From the NCBI GenBank assembly GCA_040218735.1, contig JAVJQW010000003.1, positions 32,001-96,000 on the forward strand: a stretch of DNA of 64,000 nucleotides. Direction: 5' to 3'. This stretch comes from Deltaproteobacteria bacterium (GTDB lineage Bacteria; Myxococcota; Kuafuiibacteriia; Kuafuiibacteriales; Kuafuiibacteriaceae). Every line of letters starts with the position of its first letter. The first letter of the stretch is position 1. The position numbers and the translations under genes are program-made. The notes beneath the pieces were generated by a model. That model searched no databases and was not told the DNA's origin. It saw nothing but the letters and a program-made list of their open reading frames with translations. Below are positions 58,295 through 64,000 of this stretch, one piece after another.

Positions 58295-58603
58295 CTAGGT
58301 CCCGCTCGCACAGCTCCACTTTGGATACGAGTCAGACTTGTGGCGGTTGTTCCTCCAGTGGAGCGGCTGGAGATTACTGAGATCGTCGCTACCCCCCGCC
58401 GACACTGGAACGATGTGGTCGACCTCCCATCCGAACTCCCCGGTCGTTCCGTAGCTCCCATACTTCATGGGGGCTCCACAGACATCCTGACGCCACACGT
58501 TCGCATCATATCCGGGTATCGGACGCCCCTTCGACCAGACGAGGTCCACGGTGTGATGTGAGAACCCGAATCCGATCAACGTACTTCCAAAACTTCGAGT
58601 CAT
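58295..58603 (-). CDS. Small HNH endonuclease
   Basis: WEVDHIVPVSAGGSDDLSNLQPLHWRNNRHKSD; GGAGG upstream; lower GC than the flanks. Confidence 0.88.
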   Translation of the reverse strand: MTRSFGSTLIGFGFSHHTVDLVWSKGRPIPGYDANVWRQDVCGAPMKYGSYGTTGEFGWEVDHIVPVSAGGSDDLSNLQPLHWRNNRHKSDSYPKWSCASGT

Positions 58604-58618
58604 AGATTCCTCCAACGC

Positions 58619-58755
58619 GCGGTGCGCGACTACCTCTATCTTAGAGGTCGCGTGCCGCAGGACCAGCGTTTCGATTGTCGATGATCGACCTGGGATCGCG
58701 TGATCGCCCTACGACCGTTGGTTCTGGTTTGCGATCGCCACGAGATCGCGCGATC
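58619..58755. promoter_or_regulatory. Divergent promoter region with palindromes (candidate WYL operator sites)
   Basis: ACCTCTA-N3-TAGAGGT (58632-58648) inside a longer hairpin; GATCGCGTGATC (58694-58705) and GATCGCGCGATC (58744-58755). Confidence 0.45.
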
Positions 58756-58768
58756 GTTCCTCGATCGC

Positions 58769-59743
58769 ATGGCAACCAGGAATCAGGACGGGAAGCGATC
58801 GCTACGACTACTGGCCAAGCTAATGGGAGGGGCCAGGCTGGATCGCAACTCAGCAGCCAAGGCACTGGGGACCGAGCCCCCTGCTGCGTATCAGCACCTG
58901 AAAGCGCTGGCTGCCACTGTTCCAGGAGTACGCTCTGTAAAGGGAGGAGGGACCACGACGTACTTCTTCGATTCCGGGCGACTCGTTGAGCCGCCAAGCC
59001 TTCCCGAGGTGATCGCAGCGTGTCTCGCAAGCAGCCTTTCCGGGCTGTTCCGCGATTCGCAGTACGAACATCGAATTCAGACGGTCTTCGACTTCATTGT
59101 TCGGTCGGCGCGAAGGCGACCGGGCTTCGCGAATATCCGGCGGAAGTTCTACTTTGTTGTCGGCGGAGGTGAGGTAGCGCTTGCTCAGAACGAGGGGCTT
59201 CTGGACGACGCAATCAACGCGCTGATCGCAAGCAAGTGGATTCGCATTCGATATGTTCATTTCAACGGTGATGAGGAAACGGTCGACATTCAACCTCTAA
59301 CGCTCGCGATCCATGACCACCAGTTGTACCTCGTTGGACAAAACTCCACGGCAAGGCACCCATACAGATTCGCGAGAATCCGAGACCTTGAAGAACTTGA
59401 GACGCGATTCTCCTATCCGACGGCCTCAGAGTACGATCCGACAACGTTGTTCCGCTCGAGCTTTGGGGTGTTCGTTTCCGAGGACTTTCCGAGTCAACGT
59501 GTGGTGGTACGGCTCCATCCTAGATGGGAGACCTACGCACTCAATCACCGATGGCATCCGTCCCAGGAGGTCAAGCGCGGCGACAATGGGATCACGGTAA
59601 GGCTGCAAGTCAGAGTGTGCCCCGAGGTCGAAGCATGGGTCCTAGGCTTCGGGAATGACGCGGTGGTCATTGAGCCCGAAGCGCTCCGGACGAAGATTGC
59701 CGGCCGCCTTAGGGCGGCCAGCGAAAGCTACGGTGGTGAGTGA
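58769..59743 (+). CDS. HTH-WYL-WCX transcriptional regulator
   Basis: N-terminal HTH; IRIRY...VDIQPLTLAIHDHQLYLVG...PYRFARIRDL; SSFGVF; WHPSQEV...WVLGFGNDAVVIEPEALR. Alternative start 58700. Confidence 0.9.
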   Translation: MATRNQDGKRSLRLLAKLMGGARLDRNSAAKALGTEPPAAYQHLKALAATVPGVRSVKGGGTTTYFFDSGRLVEPPSLPEVIAACLASSLSGLFRDSQYEHRIQTVFDFIVRSARRRPGFANIRRKFYFVVGGGEVALAQNEGLLDDAINALIASKWIRIRYVHFNGDEETVDIQPLTLAIHDHQLYLVGQNSTARHPYRFARIRDLEELETRFSYPTASEYDPTTLFRSSFGVFVSEDFPSQRVVVRLHPRWETYALNHRWHPSQEVKRGDNGITVRLQVRVCPEVEAWVLGFGNDAVVIEPEALRTKIAGRLRAASESYGGE

Positions 59744-59767
59744 TGTGTTGCGCTGAGCAACATTCGC

Positions 59768-60676
59768 CTAGACCGGCACGCCGTAGAGGCCGCCGACTTC
59801 GTCGTCGTCGTCGATCTCCTGGGGCGCGGGGCGCACCACCTCCACGGGCCGGAACAGCTGCTCCTTGGAGTGGAACGTGTGCCGCTCCTCCGGGAAGGTG
59901 CCCTCGACGACTTCGCGCTTGTACTCGCCGACCGCTTCGACGACGGCGTCGCCGAGCTTGGCGTAGCGCTTCACGAACTTCGGGACGAAGTCCTCGAACA
60001 TGCCGAGGAGGTCGTAACAAACGAGCACCTGGCCGTCGCAGTCGACGCCGGCGCCGATGCCGATCGTCGGGATCGACAGCTGCGCCGTGACCACGCGCGA
60101 CAGCTCCACCGGCACGCCTTCCAACACGATCGCGTACGCGCCCGCGGCTTCGAGCGCCTTCGCGTCGCGCAGGATGCGCTCGGCCGCCGCGGCGTCCTTG
60201 CCCTGCACCTTGAAGCCGCCCATCGCGTGCACCGACTGCGGCGTGAGGCCGAGGTGGCCCATGACCGGGATGCCCGCGCCGACGAGGCGCTCCACCAGCG
60301 GCGCGTACACCGCGCCGCCTTCGAGCTTCACCGAGTGCGCGCCGCCCTCCTTCATCAGGCGGCCGGCGCTCCTAAAGCCTTCGGTCGGGTCGGCCTGGTA
60401 GCTCATGAACGGCAGGTCCGCGACGACGTGCGCGCGGGACGCGCCGCGGACGACCGCGCGGGTGTGGTAGATGATGTCGTCGAGCGTGACCGCGAGGGTG
60501 TTCTGCGCGCCCTGGATCACCATCCCGAGCGAGTCGCCCACGAGGATGACGTCGGCGCCGCCGCGGTCGACCAACCGCGCCATCGTCGCGTCGTACGCGG
60601 TGATCATGGTGATGCGCTCGCCGTCGGCCTTCATCTGCCGCAGCGTGGACGCAGTGACTTGTTTGATTCGCTTCAT
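59768..60676 (-). CDS. panB: 3-methyl-2-oxobutanoate hydroxymethyltransferase
   Basis: [50 protein letters not shown]. Confidence 0.97.
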   Translation of the reverse strand: MKRIKQVTASTLRQMKADGERITMITAYDATMARLVDRGGADVILVGDSLGMVIQGAQNTLAVTLDDIIYHTRAVVRGASRAHVVADLPFMSYQADPTEGFRSAGRLMKEGGAHSVKLEGGAVYAPLVERLVGAGIPVMGHLGLTPQSVHAMGGFKVQGKDAAAAERILRDAKALEAAGAYAIVLEGVPVELSRVVTAQLSIPTIGIGAGVDCDGQVLVCYDLLGMFEDFVPKFVKRYAKLGDAVVEAVGEYKREVVEGTFPEERHTFHSKEQLFRPVEVVRPAPQEIDDDDEVGGLYGVPV

Positions 60677-60753
60677 CGTTGACCTCTCGAGGTCGACGCT
60701 CCTCACGAGGAGAAGTCGCCGCCCCGCCTTCAGTCGGGGTGAACGACGCGTTC

Positions 60754-61419
60754 TCAGCGACGCGTCGCGTAAGGATTATAGTGCTGAACGCCTTTTTTCA
60801 TTCGACGAATGGCGGAGATGACATCTTCCAAATGATTCTCCTTTTCGACGATGTCGATCTCCGAGGTGTTGATCACCAGCAGCGGCGTCCGGTCGTAGCG
60901 GAAGAAGTAGTCGTTGTACGCCGAGGACACCCGCTCCAGGTAATCCTGCGTGATCGGCCGCTCCCAATCGCGGTTCCGACTGCGGATTCGGTCGAGGAGC
61001 ACCTGCGGCCGCGCCTGCAGGTACACCACCAGATCCGGCTTCGGGACGCGGGGATCGAGCAGCCCGTAGATCCGGTCGTACAGCGCGAGCTCCGCCTCCT
61101 CGAGCGTCAGGTACGCGAAGATCCGGTCCTTCTGGAAGATGTAGTCGACGACCGTGCTGCGCGTGAACAGGTCCGGCTGCTTCAGCGATAGCTGCTGCTG
61201 GTAACGCGACAGCAGGAAGAACATCTGCGTCTGGAACGCCGTACGGCGCGGATCCGAGTAGAACTGCCGCAGGAACGGGTTCGTCTCGACCTCCTCGAGC
61301 ACCAGCTGCGCGGACAGGCGCTTCGCCAGGGATCGGGCGAGCGTCGTCTTCCCCACGCCCACGGGCCCCTCGATCGCGATCGTCCGCGGGGCCTCCTTTT
61401 CGTTCCTGCGCTTGGGCAT
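60754..61419 (-). CDS. Deoxynucleoside kinase
   Basis: [16 protein letters not shown]-loop, [30 protein letters not shown]. Confidence 0.92.
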   Translation of the reverse strand: MPKRRNEKEAPRTIAIEGPVGVGKTTLARSLAKRLSAQLVLEEVETNPFLRQFYSDPRRTAFQTQMFFLLSRYQQQLSLKQPDLFTRSTVVDYIFQKDRIFAYLTLEEAELALYDRIYGLLDPRVPKPDLVVYLQARPQVLLDRIRSRNRDWERPITQDYLERVSSAYNDYFFRYDRTPLLVINTSEIDIVEKENHLEDVISAIRRMKKGVQHYNPYATRR

Positions 61420-61507
61420 TTCGCCGGCGCGACTGTACGGACCGATCCGCGCTCCGCGCAAGCGACGACGGTGGCCATACATCGAAACATATGGTCATAT
61501 TTTGCCA

Positions 61508-61735
61508 GTGAATCCGGACCCCAACGTGACACGCGCCCTGCTCAAGCTCCTCGTCGCGGTGAAGGCCAACCCCAACGCCGACGTCGACGCCCTCATCGCC
61601 GCCGCCGCCCACGCCTCGGGGATCTCCGCGGAGGGGTTGCGCGCGTATGCGATCGAGCACACGGGCTTGCTCGCCGGCGCGCCGCGGGAGGACGTTGTCT
61701 CCGTCGCCGCCGCCGCGCTGGCGAAGGGAAGGTAG
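61508..61735 (+). CDS. Small helical hypothetical protein
   Basis: VNPDPNVTRALLKLLVAVKANPNADVDALIAAAA...; host-like codons; downstream of an AT-rich divergent promoter patch. Confidence 0.5.
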   Translation: MNPDPNVTRALLKLLVAVKANPNADVDALIAAAAHASGISAEGLRAYAIEHTGLLAGAPREDVVSVAAAALAKGR

Positions 61736-61743
61736 GACCGAGT

Positions 61744-62514
61744 GTGAGCCGTTGCCATCACCGAACGCGGAGGGGAGGCGCCGCGCTGGTGTTGGTCGCC
61801 GCTCTGTACGCCTGCGAGGGATCGTCGGGCGTCGCAGAGCGTAGCATCGCCGGCAACGTCGACCTCCTCACCGCCCGCACGCTCGTCGTGGATTCGGTGG
61901 TGGAAGTGATCGTGACCGGCAACCCCAGAGCAGACGACATCGCTTACGCGCTGGACGCCGTTGTCACCGCTTCCACCGCGACCGTCGCCAATCGCCTCGC
62001 GGATCGCTTGGTCATCGGTGTGGATCGCCCCGAGGACGACGTCGTTCGCGTCCGCCTCGACCCGCTCGACAACGGCACCCTCAGCGGACAGCTGCGGCTC
62101 ACCGTCCCGTCCGATCTCGATCTCGGCGTCCTGCAGCGCGCCGCGCAGGTCACCGTCGATTCGATGGACGCCGTCGTGCAGGTCGACTCGATCGGCGCGG
62201 TGCGGATCGTCGATCCCGGCGGCTACGTCTCGGTCGGCGTGCAGACCGGCGCGGTGGTCGTGGAGTCGACGCTCCCGGTCGGCGAGACGACGGAGGTCTC
62301 GGTGCGCAACGGCGACATCCAGCTGCTCGTCCCGCAGCAGATCAGCGCCGCGATCAGCGCGACCGCCGGTGGTGCGGGGAGCGTGCAGATCCAACATCCG
62401 AGTCTCCCGCGACCCCTCGCGAACCGGCCCTACGCCGCAACGGTCAACGGCGGCCTCAACAGCGTGCGCCTGTCGACGATGAACGGCAGCGTGTTCATCC
62501 AGGTACAACAGTAA
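61744..62514 (+). CDS. Lipoprotein with beta-strand repeats (DUF4097/adhesin-like)
   Basis: VAALYA-C; repeats [34 protein letters not shown]. Confidence 0.7.
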   Translation: MSRCHHRTRRGGAALVLVAALYACEGSSGVAERSIAGNVDLLTARTLVVDSVVEVIVTGNPRADDIAYALDAVVTASTATVANRLADRLVIGVDRPEDDVVRVRLDPLDNGTLSGQLRLTVPSDLDLGVLQRAAQVTVDSMDAVVQVDSIGAVRIVDPGGYVSVGVQTGAVVVESTLPVGETTEVSVRNGDIQLLVPQQISAAISATAGGAGSVQIQHPSLPRPLANRPYAATVNGGLNSVRLSTMNGSVFIQVQQ

Positions 62515-62525
62515 GGAGCTCGGTC

Positions 62526-63821
62526 GTGAGCGAGAAGTTCGTCATCGAAGGTGGGTCGCCCATCAGCGGCACCATTCGTCCCAGCGGTAACAAAAACGCC
62601 GCGCTGCCGCTCGTCGCGGCGACACTCCTCACCGACGAGGAGGTCGTCCTCAGAAACCTCCCCGACATCCGCGACGTCCGCGTGCTCACCGAGATCGTCG
62701 AGCAGCTCGGCGTCACCGTCTCGCACCGCGAGCCCGGCGTCGTCTCGTTCACCGCGAACCGCGTCAACGGCAAGGAGCCGGACGCCAGCCAGTGCATGCA
62801 CATCCGCGCGTCGGTGCTGCTCGCCGGCCCGCTCGTCGCGCGCCGCGGACACGTCGAGCTCCCGCCCCCCGGCGGCGACGTCATCGGGCGCCGCCGCCTC
62901 GACACCCACGTCCTCGCCCTCGAAGCGCTTGGTGCGAAGTCCGAGTACGGCCCGAAGACCTACCGCTTCACCGCGCCGGGCCGCCTGCAGGGCGCCGACG
63001 TCTTCCTCGACGAAGCCTCCGTGACCGCGACGGAGAACGCGATCATGGCGGCCGCGCTCGCGGAGGGGACGACGATCCTCGAGAACGCCGCGGGTGAGCC
63101 GCACGTGCAGGACCTCTGCCGATTGATCAACGCGATGGGCGGATCGATCCGCGGCATCGGGACGAACCGCCTCGAGATCGAAGGCGTCGAACGCCTGCAC
63201 GGCGCCGACTACACCCTCGGCCCGGACTACATCGAAGTCGGCTCGCTCATCACCCTCGCCGCGGTCACCGGCGGCGAGCTGCGCATCCTCGACGCGCGCC
63301 CCGAGGAGCACCGCTCGACGCGGATCGCTTTCAAGAAGATCGGGATCGAATTTCACGCCGGAGAGAACGGCCGCGACATCGTCGTGCCCGGCGGCCAGCG
63401 CATGAAGGTAGCCGAAGATCTCGGCGGCGCGATCCCCAAGATCGAAGACTCACCGTGGCCCGGCTTCCCGGCGGACCTCACGTCGATCGCCGTCGTCGGC
63501 GCGACGCAGAGCGAAGGCACGGTGCTCATCTTCGAGAAGATGTTCGAGTCGCGCCTGTTCTTCACGGACCGCCTCGCGTCGATGGGCGCGAAGCTGATCC
63601 TCTGCGACCCTCACCGCGTCGTCGTCAGCGGCAAGTCGAACCTCATCGCGCAGGAGCTCGTCAGCCCGGACATCCGAGCGGGCATGGCGCTGGTGATCGC
63701 TGCGCTGTGCGCCGAAGGCACGAGCGTCATCCACAACGTGCAGCAGATCGATCGCGGCTACGAACGCATCGACGAACGCCTCAACGCCCTGGGCGCAAAG
63801 ATCCAGAGAAGCCCCGGCTGA
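62526..63821 (+). CDS. murA: UDP-N-acetylglucosamine 1-carboxyvinyltransferase
   Basis: AAGGAG RBS; [59 protein letters not shown]. Confidence 0.96.
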   Translation: MSEKFVIEGGSPISGTIRPSGNKNAALPLVAATLLTDEEVVLRNLPDIRDVRVLTEIVEQLGVTVSHREPGVVSFTANRVNGKEPDASQCMHIRASVLLAGPLVARRGHVELPPPGGDVIGRRRLDTHVLALEALGAKSEYGPKTYRFTAPGRLQGADVFLDEASVTATENAIMAAALAEGTTILENAAGEPHVQDLCRLINAMGGSIRGIGTNRLEIEGVERLHGADYTLGPDYIEVGSLITLAAVTGGELRILDARPEEHRSTRIAFKKIGIEFHAGENGRDIVVPGGQRMKVAEDLGGAIPKIEDSPWPGFPADLTSIAVVGATQSEGTVLIFEKMFESRLFFTDRLASMGAKLILCDPHRVVVSGKSNLIAQELVSPDIRAGMALVIAALCAEGTSVIHNVQQIDRGYERIDERLNALGAKIQRSPG

Positions 63822-63855
63822 ATCCGCCGCATCCCGAATCACAAACCTAGCCCCA

Positions 63856-63929
63856 GCCCCAGCCCTTCGAGGCTCGGCGAGGCCGCGGCAAAACGGAGGC
63901 CTCAACGCTGGGAGGGCGAGGGCTGGGGC
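63856..63929. repeat. Imperfect inverted repeat downstream of murA
   Basis: gccccagcccttcg ... cgagggctggggc; no poly-U tract. Confidence 0.35.
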
Positions 63930-64000
63930 GAGGGGGTCCCCTGGTCGCGGCCTCTAGCGCGCCACCGCAACGCTCTCCGCAACCTGATGCCCCAGATGCA

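Noticed and set aside
58271-59767. IS element or prophage
   Set aside because: No transposase, integrase, terminal repeats or target duplication could be seen.
63856-63929. Rho-independent terminator after murA
   Set aside because: The arms are far apart and there is no U-tract; kept only as a weak inverted repeat.

Overview
High-GC bacterial DNA, most likely Myxococcota (seven MYXO-CTERM-type GCxC-TM-RRR tags, many Cys-rich lipoproteins). Housekeeping genes: TetR-argC-argJ/argB(fused)-argF coupled to an alpha-2-macroglobulin-like gene, pal-cpoB, smpB, panB and panC (about 10.7 kb apart), a deoxynucleoside kinase, and murA (Asp variant). The main finding is a surface-protein locus at about 10-33 kb with two tandem ~2000-aa paralogues that look like polyproteins. 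Each is [signal peptide]-head-4xCARDB-4xHe_PIG-[MYXO-CTERM]-[second signal peptide sharing the Arg tail]-head-2xCARDB-4xHe_PIG-[MYXO-CTERM], i.e. two separately anchored surface proteins in one reading frame. In the second paralogue, unit B lies behind a -1 frame change at C_CCU_UUU with an upstream GGAG and a downstream hairpin (programmed frameshift or single-base error). Also present: a lower-GC divergent HNH + WYL islet with palindromic candidate operators, an intergenic 49-bp tandem repeat, and a lipoprotein gene with an in-frame TGA. No rRNA, tRNA, CRISPR array or transposase was recognised. Domain calls come from motif recognition by eye, not from database searches.
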